Source: Hemiscyllium ocellatum (Eukaryota). Taken from it: a stretch of DNA of 64,000 nt. Shown in pieces: positions 11,860 through 26,394 of the stretch (the first letter of the stretch is position 1; each line of letters starts with the position of its first letter). Position numbers and translations under genes: made by a program. The stretch is from positions 63,798,001-63,862,000 of the forward strand of contig NC_083417.1 of the NCBI RefSeq assembly GCF_020745735.1, read 5' to 3'. The notes under the pieces were generated by a model. The model was not told the origin of the DNA and ran no database searches. It saw only the letters and a program-made list of their open reading frames with translations.

Positions 11860-13470
11860 CTATGTCCACACTCAAAGCACTCCGCTTCTTCCTTTCCCGC
11901 CTTTCCAACTTCCACTGACACCCTCCTTCGACTGACTGAACTGGTCCTCACTCTGAACAACTTCTCTTTCCAATCATCCCACTTCCTCCAAACCAAAAGA
12001 GTAGCCATGGGCACCCGCATGGGCCCCAGCTATGCCTGCCTCTTTGTAGGATATGTGGAACAGTCCATCTTCCACAGCTACACTGGCACCACCACGCACC
12101 TTTTCCTCTGCTACATCAATGACTGTATCGGTGCTGCCTCGTGCTCCCATGAGGAGGTTGAACAATTCATCCACTTTACCAACACCTTCCACCCCGACCT
12201 CAAATTTATCTGAACCATCTCAGACTCCTCCCTCCACTTCTTAGACCTCTCCATTTCTATATCGGACGACCGAATCAACATGGACATTTACTCTAAACCG
12301 ACCGACCCCCACAGCTACCTAGACTACACCTCCTCCCACCCTGCCCCCTGTAAAAACGGCATCCCATATTCCCAATTCCTTCGTCTCTGCCGTATCTGCT
12401 CCCAGGAGGACCAGTTTCAATACCGAACCCAGGTGGCCTCCTTCTTCAAAGACTGCAATTTCCCCCCAGACGTGATCAACGATGCTCTCCACAGCATCTC
12501 CTCCACTTCCCGCTCCTCTACCCTTGAGTTCCACCCCTCCAATCGCCAACAGGACAGAACCCCACTGGTCCTTACCTAACACCCCACCAAACTCCGTATA
12601 CATCATATCATCCATCGTCAGTACCACCACCTCCAAACAGACCCCACCATCAGGGATATATTTCCCTCCCCTCCCCTATCAGAGTTCCGAAAAGACCACT
12701 TCCTCCATGACTCCCTCGTCAGGTCCACATCCCCCACCAACCTAACCTCCACTCCCAGTACCTTACCCTGCAACCGAAAGAAATGAAAAACTTACGCCCA
12801 CATCTCCCCCCTTATTTCCCTCTAAGGGCCCAAGGGATCCTTCCATATCCGCCAGAAATTCACCTGCACCTCCACACGCATCATTTACTGCATCCACTGC
12901 AACCGATGTGGCCTCCTCTATATTGGGGAGACAGGCCGCCTACTTGCAGAACATTTCAGAGAACACCTCTGGGACACCAGACTAATCAACCCAACCATCC
13001 CGTGACTCAAGAGTTCAACTCCCCCTCCCACTCCACCAAGGACATGCAGGTCCTTGGGCTCCTCCATTGCCAGACCATAGCAACATCACAGCTGGAGGAA
13101 GAGTGCCTCATCTTCCACCTAGGAACCTTCCAACCACAAGGGATGAACTCAGATTTCTCCAGTTTCCTCATTTCCCCTCCCCCCACCTTGTCTCAGTCGC
13201 AACCCTCGAACTCAGCGCCACCTTCCTAACCTGCAATCTTCTTCCTGACCTCTCCGCCCCCACCCCCACTCCGACCTATCACCCTTACCTTAACCTCCTT
13301 CCACCTATCGCACTTCCAACGCCCCTCCCCCAAGTCCCTCCTCCCTACCTTTTATCTTATCCTGCTTCGCACACTCTCCTCATTCCTGAGGAAAGGCTCA
13401 TGCCCGAAAAGTCGATTTTACTGCTCGTTGGAAAACGCCTGACCTGCTGCACCTTTCCAGCAACACCTTT
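11860..13470 (+). mobile_element. Penelope-like element (family A), 5'-truncated, disrupted RT and GIY-YIG
   Basis: MGTRMGPSYACLF, YINDC, IYSKPTD and IIYCIHC..CGLLYIGETGR; stops and frameshifts; degenerate hammerhead near 13382-13416. Confidence 0.92.
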
Positions 13471-15932
13471 TCAGCTTCTGGAAATCAGCCCATGAATTAA
13501 CCTATTTAACTTCTATGAATGACCAATGGATCATCCTTGCATACATCTATTTTATACGTTTGTATTAATTCTGTACTGTAGAGAACAGTTTCCAGCAAAT
13601 TATTGCACAATTTATTTTGCATTTCTTCATAATTCTTGGATTGACGGACATTATTGTGGATCATGCATAAGCAGTTTCAATTGAACGTAAGTGAACACTT
13701 CTCTAACTTCTTAAAAATGTAATCTATTTTTCTAATCAAGCTGGTCAGCGATGTCATTTCACATATCTGGGGTACATGGGACTTGAATCCAGGCCTCACA
13801 GCCCAGGAGTAGCGATGCCACCACTTTTTATTCTATAGGTCACATTCAAAGCAGGCAGCATAAGTAGGATGCAATAGATCAATTTAAGTACACAATTAAT
13901 CGTCTGCGACCAAACGGAAATATAGAAGGTTTACAATGTAAATCTTTATATTTAGCTTGGATAAAAAAGACACAGGATGAAATGTTACCTGTTTTTCGTT
14001 GCAGAGGTGGTATTGATTTGCTGAATAAATGCACAGAGCTTGTTTTCACTTCATATTTTATTAATGTCAGTACCAAATGAATTTTATCACGTTAAGTAAT
14101 AAAAACTCGAGGTGCCTTGGCTTAGACGGGCTTCTTTCAATAGAAACGGCTCATTTCAACTTCTTATTTGTTCAAACAGACTTGATCACAAAATTTGCAC
14201 TATGTCAACATTGTAGTGCCAACCTACTACTGCTCAATTGAGTATCTGAAATATTCTATACAGACTTCTCTGCTTGTAGAGTGATTAGAAAATTTCACAC
14301 GTGAGTTCTGTTAATACTTACCATTTATATATCGGCAACGTACTTCAACCAAACTGCTTTATTTATTTCACTACTGTTTGCCATGGCCAATCATCTATGT
14401 CATCTGATAGTACTACTTGCACTTCCATGACCAGGAACCTATTACATCAATGCAAATTCCTTCTTCGATTTTTTAAAAAGTGTTTGTTTAAGGTTGAATA
14501 ATCCATCAATATGCGTTATTTTCCGAGTGCTCTTTTACATAGTTCCATAAATTTCTGTGAAAATTACAAAGGTAGACAATAGGAAGAGGCATTTAATCAT
14601 GTACACTTCTTTCTAATTTGATTTCAAGAGGTACATATTGTTAGCTAGGCCGGAATTTATCGTCCATCATTAAATAACCTGGAGAAGGAGATGGGGAACT
14701 GATTTTCAGAAACGTTGCAGTGCTTGCGATATGAGGATACCAAAATGTACTACTATGAATGGAGTTCTAGGATTCTGAACTGTTTCCATGATGCTAGTTT
14801 CGGCCGGCTTTCCTTACATGTCTTTCATGGTACAGATTCTAGGTGCAGTGTTGTCATATTTGTTCTTTTTTTTGAGTTGCTCAGGTTTAACAGAAGACTA
14901 AAATTGACATATATCAAATTTTTGACCTCCATTACAACTTAAGTAGAGGCCTCTAGATATTGGAGAGCAGAACAAAGTCCTTATTGCCTCTACCTGACTG
15001 TTTTGCATAATGCTGCCCTGCACTCTCGGACAACTTGGATCAGTTTTAACTTTATCCATACCACTGAATTATTGGTATCTAAGAAAGATCAGCATAATGC
15101 ACCACCCTGCTTTGGAAATTTATAAGGCTCTTCCTTCAATATCGAATTATCAAAATCCTGGAGCGCCTTTCCTACCAGAAGTATGGGGGGCAGGTGGAGT
15201 TCATATCTAAACCAACTGGAGTGCAGTGGTTCAAGTAGGTATCTTGGAGTTGGGTAATAAATGCCATGGAAGCTCAGGTCCCTGAATTTTTTTTTAAAGT
15301 AGAAAATGTCATGCAGCATTTGCTTATGTGTCTGGTCCACTGCCATCCCATCGATTCCTGAAAATATAACTGTATGCAAAGTGAAAATGTGATTTTTTTT
15401 CAGTGCAACACTCAGTTGAATACAAAGTGAATGCAGAAAATATGATATTGATATTTCAATTTACATTTTTAATCCACCTAAAATTCAATTACAATCAGTT
15501 TGCATTGCACCTTGCAGCATTATCTTGCCAAATTTACCTTGCACAAAGATGGATGTTAGTTTGTCATCGTCTGTAAAATGTACTCAAAGTATTCAAAGTG
15601 TAAACGGTAATTAGCAGTTCAAGATTACTGTGGCTGAATCCCTTTCGCTTATGTCTAAAAATTCTTGTAAACTATGATGTAAGAGTGCTTTGAATTAATG
15701 ATATGCTTGAACTAATTTAATTGCTGAAACTCTTACATGCAGGTTACTTCTCACATTTATACATGCCTTCTGGTTATGCACTAATCCGAATAAAAGCGGT
15801 TGACAATGAAATTCCTGTTCACAGCACTTAAGTCAATGGCGCATTTCACAACCAATTTACCATAGTTGAGTTCATATCTGTATCCACAATCACTATGTAA
15901 GAAGTAAAGGCGGGCGAGATGATCTATTTTCT

Positions 15933-16441
15933 AATTCTGGTCTCCTTCCTATCGGAAAGATGTTGTGGAACTTAAAAGGGTTCAGAAAAGATTTACAAGG
16001 ATGTTGCCAGGGTTGGAGGGATTGAGCTATAGGGAGAGGTTGAATAGGCTAGGGCTGTCTTCACTAGAGCTTTGGAGACTAGGGGGTAACCTTAGAGAGC
16101 TTTATAAAATCATAAGGGGCATGTATAGGATAAATAGACAAAGTGATTTCCCTGAGATAGCGAGTCCAGAACTGGACGGCATAGTTTTAGGATGAGAGGG
16201 GGGAGATATAAAAGAGACCTAGGGGCAACTTTTTCACAGACAGGGTGTGTCTGTATGGAATGAGTTGCGAGAGGAAGTGATCGAGGCGAGTACAATTGCA
16301 TCATTAAAAAGGCATCAGGAGGGATATATGAATAGGAAGGGTTTGGAGGGATATGGGCCACATTATGGCAGGTGGGACTAGATTGGGTTGGAACGAGTTG
16401 GAACGAAGGGTCTGTTTCTGTGCTGTATATCTCTATGACTC
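15933..16441 (+). mobile_element. CR1 3' fragment
   Basis: LKRVQKRFTRMLPGL; CTATGACT tail. Confidence 0.92.
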
Positions 16442-17837
16442 TTCTTCTTCAGGTAGCCTCACAATTGCATCCTGTCTCTCTCTTCGAAGATTCAGGTGGC
16501 TGCAAAATGTTTCTTTACGTTATTGCAAATTAAGAATAAGAAGTTTAGCCAATGAGTTCATCTCCGTTCTCTCACATCTTAAAAGTGTCTTAATCATCAT
16601 GATTTGTATTCATTCAGTTTTTTTTTTGCATTTGGCTGTGTCTTTTAATTAACTGTCTATTGGACAACTTATGAACAGCAACGTCAAATAAAAGTTTATT
16701 GCATTTTTTGTGAACTGCTTACGAATAATCCTCTCTGATTCTTCTGGCGCCACATCAATGCATGCTAGTGAATATCCTTTACAATTGCTTGTAGATCGTC
16801 TAGGACATCTTAAAATATAAAAGTCTAGCAGATCTTAAAATGTTTTCATTTGTCTGCATTTGTACAACAGTTAATTTCAAATTTAGAAGTTTAGAATATT
16901 GAATAAAACTACCGAAGTAATGTTTTAATTGATGCCCCTTGCGTTTTTGCTGAAACATCATGTATCATTTTAGAATTGTCCAAATGTTATGGTTTATATC
17001 TTTGTCTACTTGTTGTGGTTAAATCAAGTCCCAGGATATAAAATTCTAAAATCTACATCGAATGAAGTTATATATAAAATATATTATTATATTAATCAAT
17101 GAAAATTCTTTCATTGAGTGATTATCACTAAACAAAATCCATAATGAAATGTTAAGTTCCCTGCTGATCTTCCATGACAGAACCAACTGCAAGGAACTCC
17201 TGTGATGACCTAATCCTCGCTGATGTTAGTGTCACAGGTTTTTCTTCTCATGGAAATGTTGGGTGGAATAACTGTCACGAAGCTCTTGTGAATAGACAGA
17301 ACCAATCAGAGTATCTTCTGTGAGGTTGCATGGCATTTGTCTAATGGTTTATATTTTGAACTGCATAAGACGTTTTGGGTCAATTGACGCATTAGATTTA
17401 TACTTAATGACAATCTGTTGCACTATGACCCAACATATCCCTGACCACGACTATAACTATCAATTCAGTTGAACAAATCTGTTGTTATGTGCAAAATATG
17501 ACTGTAAACCAGGAGCAGAGTAAACATAAACAGAGTATCCACTAGGCAAAATGGCAATGCAGGATTGTGTGCACATTACACAGTGGACACAGCATTAACA
17601 GAAAGAGTGAACAGTCCCACAATGAATGAATCAGATCATAGTTCTCTCTTCTTTCCAAAAAAAATGAAACAACCAAAGAAAACCGAAGGCTGCACAAACA
17701 TTGCAGTCAGTGATACAGGAATCAACATTCTACACCAAGGCTCACAGGAACTCAAAACCTGAAGCACCTGCAGACGAGTCAAACCAGCGTATTCCAAAAA
17801 TACAGCACAAAAAGCATGTAGTCTTCTACTAAATTAT

Positions 17838-18018
17838 TCACTCCACACGATGTGAAGACATGACTGAAAAAGTTGGTTGTTTAAAATACCGTGACAACTT
17901 CTTAATTTTGGTATTTAAAATTCCTACTTCTCGATCAGCTGACCACATGCCAAGTTGTTCTTCTACAGTGACATAATTGACATCTCCATGATAATGTGCA
18001 AAATCACCTGTGTATGCC
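17838..18018 (-). pseudogene. Orphan ITIM-exon homolog (VNYVTVE ... ILNTKI)
   Basis: Canonical ITIM at 17964-17981; polypyrimidine acceptor tttttttatcag; in-frame stop at 17838. Confidence 0.5.
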
Positions 18019-18338
18019 CTGATAAAAAAAATTGGAGACCATGTGAGCAGGAGATGCCCATTGGGCCATCCAAGCCATTCAACACTATCATGGCTGCTCA
18101 TCCTATTCAGCATCCCTTTTTACTTTCTCTCTCACACTCCCTCAACTTTCATCATTTTATCCCGAAAAACTTTATCAAACACATTCTTGAAAACATTCAC
18201 AATTTGCCTAACTTACTTTTTGTAGCAGAGAATTCCACAGGCTCACCAGTATCTAGATGATTACATTTCCTCTCACCTTAGTCCTAAATGACCTTTCCAA
18301 TATCCTTAAACTGTGACCCCAAGATCGGGCCTCACGGA

Positions 18339-19690
18339 TAGAGTCATAGAGATGTACAGCATGGAAACAGACCTTTCGGCCCAACTTATCCATGCTGACC
18401 AGATGTACCAAACCAATTTAGTCCCACCTTCCAACACCCGGCCCATATCGCTCCAAACCCTGCCTATTCATACACACATCCAATTGCCTCTTAAATGTAG
18501 CAATTGTACCAGCCTCGACCACATCCTCTGGCAGCTCATTCCATACACGCACCACCATCTGCATGAAAAAGTTGCCCCTTAGGTCTCTTTTATTTTTTTC
18601 CCCTCTCACCCTAAACCTATGCCCTCTCGTTCTGGACTCCCAGACTCCAGGGGAAAGATTTTATCTATTTATCCTATACATGCCTCTCATGATTTTGTAA
18701 ATCTCTGTAAGGTCACCCCTCAGCATCCGACGTTCTAGGGAAAACAGCCCCAGCCTGTTCAACCTCTCCCTATAGCTCAAATCCTCCAATCCTGGCAACA
18801 TCCTTGTAAACCATTTCTGAAACCATTCAAACTTCACAGCATTTTTCCGATAGGAAGGAGACCAGAATTGCACGTAGTATTCCAACAGTGGCCTCATTAA
18901 CGTCCTGTGCAGCCGCAACATGACCTCCCAACTTCTGTACTCAATACTCTGAACAATAAAGGGAAGCATACCAAAAGCCTTCTTCACTATCCTATCCACC
19001 TGCAACTCCACTTTCAAGGAGCTATGAACCTGCACTCCAAGGTCTCTTTGTTCAGTAACTCTCCCTAGGACCTTACCAATAAGTGTATAAGTCCTGCTAA
19101 GATTTGCTTTCCCAAAATACAGCACCACACATTTATCTGAATCAGACTCCATCTGCCATTTCTCAGCCTATTGGCCCATCTGCTCCTGATCCTGTTGTAA
19201 TCTGAGGTAACTGTCTTCTCTGTCCACTGCACCTCCAATTTTGGTGTCATCTGCAAACTTACTAACTGTACCTCTTATGCTCTCATCCAAATCATTTATG
19301 TAAATGTCAAAAAGTAGAGGACCCAGCACCAATCCTTATGGCATTCCACTGGTCACAGGCCTCCAGTATGAAACACAACCCTCCACCACCACCCTCTGTC
19401 TTCTCCTTTCAGCCAGTTCTGTATCCAAATGGCTAGTTCTCCCTGTATCCCATGAGATCTAACCTTGCTAATCAGTCTCCCATGGGGAACTTACCGGTCT
19501 ATCGTTCCCTGGCTTGTCTTTACCGCCCTTCTCAAACAGTGGTACCATGTTTGCCAACCTCCAGTGTTCCGACACCTCATCTATCGATTTACAAATATCT
19601 CAGTAAGACGTCCAACAATCACTTCCCAGCAATCTCTAGCTTTCCAAAAGATCATCGGGAACATCCTATTGGCACTTACCTGTCTTGTTC
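18339..19690 (-). mobile_element. CR1 3' fragment
   Basis: ORF 18661..19152 is the RT C-terminus; reverse-complement tail tagagtcatagag at the left end. Confidence 0.92.
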
Positions 19691-20087
19691 TGTTAGAATT
19701 TCATAGAGATCTATGAAATTCCCACTTCGCTTTTCTAAAGTTCAGTGAGTATTTTATCCTCCCAACAAGTCTCACCCACCATTTATTAAAATCATGTATA
19801 TTCTTCCTCTGGATTCAAGCCCTCTTTCATGTCCGCTCCTCATGGTCTGCAACTCACCAATATTTTAACGCTCCATCTATAATGTCTCCAAATACTTTAA
19901 GGATCTGCCCGTCAGAACTCTCTGGGACAGACAATTCCACGTATTCACTTGCCTCCAGTTGAAAGGATTCATTTGCATTCCCATTCTACACGAGTGTCTC
20001 CTTTTTGTGTAGCTACATCACCAAGTTTGAGTTCCTGCAAGTGGAAGTATATCCTTAATACTTACCCGATTAAGCCTCATCAAAATA

Positions 20088-20263
20088 CAGAGGAACCTCG
20101 ATTATCCAAATGACATGGGTGGAGAGTATTTTGTTCAGATAATTGAATGTTTGGATAATTGAATGTCAGATAATACAATTTAGCCAAACATCAGGATCTT
20201 GCAATCTTGTCCAGACAATCTGAAATTTGGATAATTGAATGCCAGATGATCGAGGTGGCCATG
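20088..20263. mobile_element. Tc1/mariner (pogo/Tigger-like) MITE
   Basis: Flanked by TA at 20086-87 and 20264-65; left TIR CAGAGGAACCTCGATTATCC with a degenerate inverted copy at the right end; inserted into an older CR1 remnant. Confidence 0.7.
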
Positions 20264-21439
20264 TATTTCAGAAGATCAGCCCCGGTCTTCTAAAATCTAA
20301 TTGCCAAAGCAATAACCTGTTTTTGATCTCTTGAAATGCCAAAAATTTTTCTCCTAAGAATTATCTCGTAAATGTCTTCTAAACTACCTCAGATGCCAAT
20401 CCGCCCTTTGTTAAATATTAGGATGAAAATAGATCATAATACTTCCGGTGGACACACACCAACATCCGAGATAGTTACGTCAAGACTTTACCATGTTTGA
20501 ACTCCAATGCCTCGCAATAAAGAACAAAATTATTCAGTGCAACTGCATGCTAAGTTTTTTTGCTTGTGCTTATGCTTCAGGCACACCAACACCCAGATCC
20601 CTTGGCGTGCGTGTTTTAGTCCTTCTTCATTTGATTAATAGACTAACTTTTGATAGTTCCCACTAAAATACATGTCCTCACAATTCCTTACATTAATGTT
20701 GAGTGGCCAAATATGTGCTCACATTCAATCTATCTAGATCCCGTTTAAGATTCCTTATGTCTCCCATGCTCTCCCATTTTGCGACATTAACATCTGCTCC
20801 TCCTGCAAGTCATTTCTATAGATATAATATTTAACATTATTTTTCATCAAAGGAAGTGAACATTATTGGGTGGGCCACCATTCATTGGCGAACCCTTGTT
20901 GTTCTTGAAAAGATAGTGGGGAACTGCCTTCTTGAACTCTTGTGGCCCATTTTTCGTTTTGAAGACTGTGGGTTTTTTGTGCTTTTTAAACCTGCAGAAT
21001 ACACTAAGAAAGAATGGTTTTGAACTCCAGGGTCTATCAAAGATTATTGCATCTTTATAGAGTAAGGAATGCAAATTTTTTTGAACCACGTTTGTGTAGC
21101 CACATGTTCCAGAACGTGCAGAGGAATTGAAGCAAAATTTACAAGTGAAACTGTTTGGTTTTGGAGAAAGGGCCATTATCAATGGCAAATGTCCTCTCCC
21201 TGTCAACCACAACTTAATTGATTGTCCGTTACCAACGATTTGGGTACTGAGCAAGGCAACGAGAAACCGTCCAGACCATGAAAAAACATCTCAGTTCTTT
21301 CCAGTAAGCCACTTTATCCCAAAGGAAAACCAGATTTTCTTTCATTTAACTGATGTTGCAATTTGTGACTCTGATTGTGGGAGATGCGTGACTGACCACT
21401 GCACAGTGGTACAGGCAACCATTCAAGAGAGGCAAGGCA

Positions 21440-21710
21440 ATATGATTGCAGTAGTAGGGGACAATATAATGAGGAGAACAGATGTTGTGCTCCACACCAA
21501 GCATAAGAGTCCCCTCAACTGTGTTGCCTCCCACTGCCCGGGCTAAGGATAATTTCTCCAGGCTAGAAGAGAACTCAAATATGGACGAGAGGGATCCAGT
21601 TGTTTTCATCCACGTTGATACCAGTGTAAACGATGAGAACAGAAAGAATGTTTTTCTGAAAGATTTTGAACTGCTAGGACCGAAATCAGAAAGCAAAACG
21701 TCCATATAAT
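21440..21710 (+). mobile_element. CR1 ORF1 SGNH-esterase-like remnant
   Basis: AVVGDNIMR (GDS block) and VVFIHVDT (VHVGTND block) with a frameshift. Confidence 0.65.
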
Positions 21711-22199
21711 ATGAATGAAACCAAACAACTGTGAATGTTGGAATTTAGAAACTCTATGTGATGACAAGATCTGTTGTGTATTGTTTGGTGTAAGAAAACA
21801 GGGAAAGGTGCCTAGGCCCTTAAATGATTGAACGCGATCCTGAGTCCTGAAGCAGGTCCACAAGCAGGAAATGAAATGTTATTCTTCCAGCTTGCACTGA
21901 CCTACGCTGGAACACTTGAAGCCCGATTCAAAGATGCTGGTCGTGGAAGGCAGTAGTGTGTTGAAATGACAGGTGACAAGAAGCTCAGGATGACATCTGT
22001 GAACAGTAGGTAAGTGTTCCACAAAGCAGTGGCCCAGTCTGCGATTCGCCTCTCAAATGTAGACAGGTGCACATTCTGAACACCAGAATCCACATCACAG
22101 GATAGTAAGCCGCTATTTCCACCACCTCGAGAAGAATGCCACCACCAGACTCAGTTTCTTGTCCCTTGATGTGTGAACCTTATGCAGGAACGCCTCGCT

Positions 22200-23830
22200 G
22201 CTGGAAACATTGGACCACTCTGCGTCATTTATGTATGTGAGTATGAGAAGGAATGTGTATGAGAGAGCGTATGTATGAGTGTGTGTGCGTGTAAGAATGT
22301 GTGCGTGTGTGTGTTTTGTGTGTGTGTGAGACAGAGAGAGGGTATAGTGTAGGGGATTCACCTGTAGTGTGACATGAACTCAAGGCCCTGGTTGAAGCCA
22401 TCCTCATGGGTACTGAACTTGGCAATCAGGTTCTTCTCGGCCATTGTGTTGTTGCCTATCCCAAGGTTTTCTTTGGAGGATAGTCACCTGAAGATCCAAA
22501 GCCAAATGTCCTTGAGTGCTGAAGTGATCCCCTACTTGGTGAGTGTTGTGTTGTGTCCATTCATCCATTATCGTAGTGTCTCCTTGGTTTCACCAATGTA
22601 CCATGCCTTGGAACATTCTTGCCTGCAGCATATGAGATAGACCACATTGGCGGAGTCACAAGAATACCAGTTGTATACATGGCGGATGCTGTCCCCACTT
22701 GTAATGGTGGCATCTGTGCCGACATTTTGACATGTTTGGCAATGGCTGCCATGACAGATTTGTACGGTGTTGTAGTCGAAGTCGTTCAGAAAGCTAGGCA
22801 ATTTTTACGAACAACGGTCTGCTTAAGGTTTGGGGTTGGTTTAAAGGTGTGATGTGGAGGCAAAAGGGAAGGTTTTGGCGAGGTGCTCATCCTCATAGAT
22901 AATGTGTTACAGGTTGTAAAGAACATGGCGTAGTTTTTCCACTTCTGGGAAGAACTGGATAATGAAGGGTACCCTGTCAGTTGCATCCCATCTCTGTCTC
23001 TTGAGGAGGTCACATTGGCACGTCAGAATTAGAGATCAATGAGTTGAGCATCGTAACCTGTTCTTATGAGGGCACCCTTGAGCACTTTCAGGTATCTGCC
23101 ATGTTCCTCCTCATCTGAGCAAATCCTATGTATGTGTAAGGCTTGTTCATAGCAAATGGCTTTTTAATATGTTTAGGGTGGAAGCTAGAGAAGTGTAGCA
23201 TTGTGGGTCATCCATGAGTTTGCGGTAGAGTGAGGTGCTGAGGTGTCCATCCATGATGGAAATGCATGTGTCCAAGAATGAAAGAGATACTAAAAAGTTG
23301 ATCATGGTAACTCTAATGGTGGGATGAAACTCGTTGATATCACTATGTAGTCCTTTCAGTGACTCCTTGCCATTGTCCAGAAGAAGAAAAAGTCATCATC
23401 TTATCAGACACTGGGACCCTGTCTGGCTATGTCGAAGCCAACTTGAAACCCATTGTACAGGGGACCCCAGCTCCTGTTGCAACACTACAGGTTTGTTACA
23501 GAAATTCAACACCCACAGACTAGTCGAACTGGCAGCTTTGTGAGAGTTTGTAACATGCAGACAGTTAATTCACTCTCTCTCTCATGCACGTGATTGCACA
23601 TATAATTTTATGGGTGAAGGTGTATTAGCAGAATTATACTTTCGATTTTGCTCAAAGAATGTACAATTTGCATGCAATCAATGAAGGCAGTCAATCTATG
23701 CAATACTTTGCAAATTCCACTTTGGAAATAGAACGAGTCTGATTTAAGATTGTGACACAGACAGATCTTTATATGAATTGTCTCAGTTGAGATATCGCCT
23801 TTCTTTAATTTTAAAAAAAAACCTTAAAAT
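22200..23830 (-). mobile_element. Penelope-like element (family B) with an inverted terminal segment at ~23540-23830
   Basis: YSCDSANVVYLICC...WYIGET; GT-rich tail at 22230-22345; the right-hand segment matches the + strand tail at 53010-53200. Confidence 0.82.
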
Positions 23831-23944
23831 ATCTCGAGAATATAACTCTCTGCTTTCATTCTATTTGACTTTACAGAGGCTTGTTGTCTGTTTTGTTGTC
23901 CTCTATTATCAATTTCTTGGACATTTTTTTCTTCCTTTCATACC

Positions 23945-25015
23945 AACTCATCCATGCTGACCAGATATCATAAAATAATCTATTTCTATTTGCCAACGTT
24001 TGGCAAATTCCTCTAAAGCCTTCCTATTCACATATCTATTTAGATGCTTTTTAAATGTTGTAATTGTACCAGTCTCCATCACTTCGTCTGGCAGCTCATT
24101 CCATGCATGCATTACACTCTGCATGAAAAATCTGCCCCTTAGGTCCCTTTTAAATATTTCCCCTCGCCCCGTAAACCTATGCCCAACAATTTTGAACTCC
24201 CCCAGCTCGAGAAAAGGACCATCGCTCTTCCCCGTATTCAAGCACCGTATGATTTCGTAAATTCTATAAGGGAATTCCTCAGCCTCCGACACACCAGAGA
24301 AAATAACCCCAGTCTATTCGACTTTTCCTTATAGCTCAAGCCCTCCAACCTTGACAACATCCTTGTAAAACTTTTCTGAACCATTTAAAGGTTAACAAAG
24401 CTTTCCCTACAACATGGAGACCAGAGCTCAAAGTAGTATTCAACGATGCCTAACCAATGTCCCAAACCTTCCAACTCCTATACTCAATGCACTGATCAAT
24501 AAATGCATGTGCACTAAACGCCTTCTTCCCTACTCTGTCGACTTGTGACTCCACTTTCAAATAGCTACGAACCTGTGCTCCAAAGTCACGTTTTTAGGCA
24601 ACATTCTGCCAGGACCTTATACTTAAGTATTTAAACCCTGTTCTGATTTGCCCTAACGAACGATCGTAGCTCACATTTATCAAGATTAAACTCCATCTGC
24701 CACTCATCAACTTATCGAGCCAGCTGATTAAAACCTCTTTGTCCTCTAAGGTAACCTTCTTGGCTGTCCACTACATCATCAACTTTGGTATGATCTTCAA
24801 ATTTACGAACCATGCCTTCTATATTCACATCCAAATCATTTAAATGGATGCGAAAAACCAGTGTACCCAACACCAATCACTGTGGCACAACGCTGGTTAC
24901 AGGCCTCCAGTTTGAAATGAAAGTCTTCACCAGCTCCCTCTGTGTCCTACCGTTCAACCAATTTTGTATCCAAATGGCTAGTTCTTCCTGTATTCTATGT
25001 ATTATAACCTGGTTA
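23945..25015 (-). mobile_element. CR1 3' fragment
   Basis: Reverse-complement homology to the other CR1 copies. Confidence 0.88.
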
Positions 25016-25039
25016 TTCAAGGTTAGCATGAAGATTTGT

Positions 25040-25650
25040 AGCTCAGGTGCTGGTTATTGTGGTTGTGGCTATGTTGGCTGAGCTGGGAAGTTGAGTTGCA
25101 AATGTTTCGTCCCCTGTCTCGCTGACATCTTCACTGCTTTGGAGCCTCCTGTGAAGTGCTGCTGTATTGAGTTCTCTGGAATTTATTTTGTTCCATTCCT
25201 GCTGCTTCCGGTTGCTGGTTCTGATCGTTTGTTGTCATGGCTGGTGTATTTTGTCTAGGCCTATGTGTTTGTTGATGGAGTCCGTGAATGAGTGCCATGA
25301 TTCTAGAAATTCTCTGGTTGTCCTCTGTTTAGCTTATCCAATGATCGTTGTGTTGTCCCAGTCGAATGTATGGTCCATGTCATCTGTGTGTATGGCGAAG
25401 AGGGGCAGATGGTCAAGGCATTTAGTAGCTAGTTGGTGTTCGTGGATGTGGATTGTTAGATGTCTGCCTGTTTGTGTTATCTAGTGCTTCATGCAATCAT
25501 TTCATGGAATGTTGTAAATTATGTTAGTTTTGCAGATGATGGGTATCAGGTCTTTTGCTTTGGTGAATTGTTGTCTGAGCGTAACTGTTAGGTTATATAC
25601 TGCCTTGAGTCCGAGTGGTAGGAAAGATCTGACTGTTAGTTCTGTGACAT
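25040..25650 (-). mobile_element. Penelope-like element (third family) GIY-YIG end with degenerate hammerhead
   Basis: IIYNIPCNDC...TGR...HEH...FDWDNT...EFLESW; TGAAGA...GAAAC motif at 25098-25137. Confidence 0.8.
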
Positions 25651-26394
25651 TTTTTTATATAAGGTAGCAGTGCCAGTATATTGTGTCCTGGCATGTCCTT
25701 GTCACGTTGTTTATCTGTTAACAGCCAAAATGTTTGCCTTCTGCCCTTCATTTCTCTCGCTAACTTCTAAATTGACGTTACTACATCCACATTCTTTTCT
25801 TCCTATTCCAAAAGTAAAGTTGTTAGAAACTTGAATATTCATTCACTGGATATTTTTTCCAACATTTTATTCCGGTATTTGCGAGCTCTCTCGTGAAATG
25901 TTAATTGTCTGTCGTTTCTAAAGCTCAAAACTTTGATACTCCAGTTCCCTTTTCATCGCCTTTTCCACTTCCAGGCTTTTCATTTCCCACTCAGCCCAAG
26001 CTATATGACGATAAGACATAAGAGCAGAATTGAATCTCTCAATCGAGTCTTGTCTGTTGATCAATTCGATCATGATTGATCTGATCATTTCAACTTCATT
26101 TTCCTGTCTTTTCCCTGTAGTCCTCGGTACATTTACTGGTTTTTAATCAGCCTTGACACTGACTCAACAGTTACCTGTGGTATGGAATTCAAAAGATTCA
26201 CTGGCCTCTAATACAAGATATTCGTCCTAACTAAGCAATAAATGAGCATCCCCTTACTATGAGATAATGTCCTCTGGTCCTAAACTCTTCACCAAAGTGA
26301 AACAGCACCTGACACCTATCCTGTGAAGTCACCAAGAAATCTTTTATGTTTTATACTGTCATAAGAGATGGCTTTTTTGAGGCAGCTTGTGATG

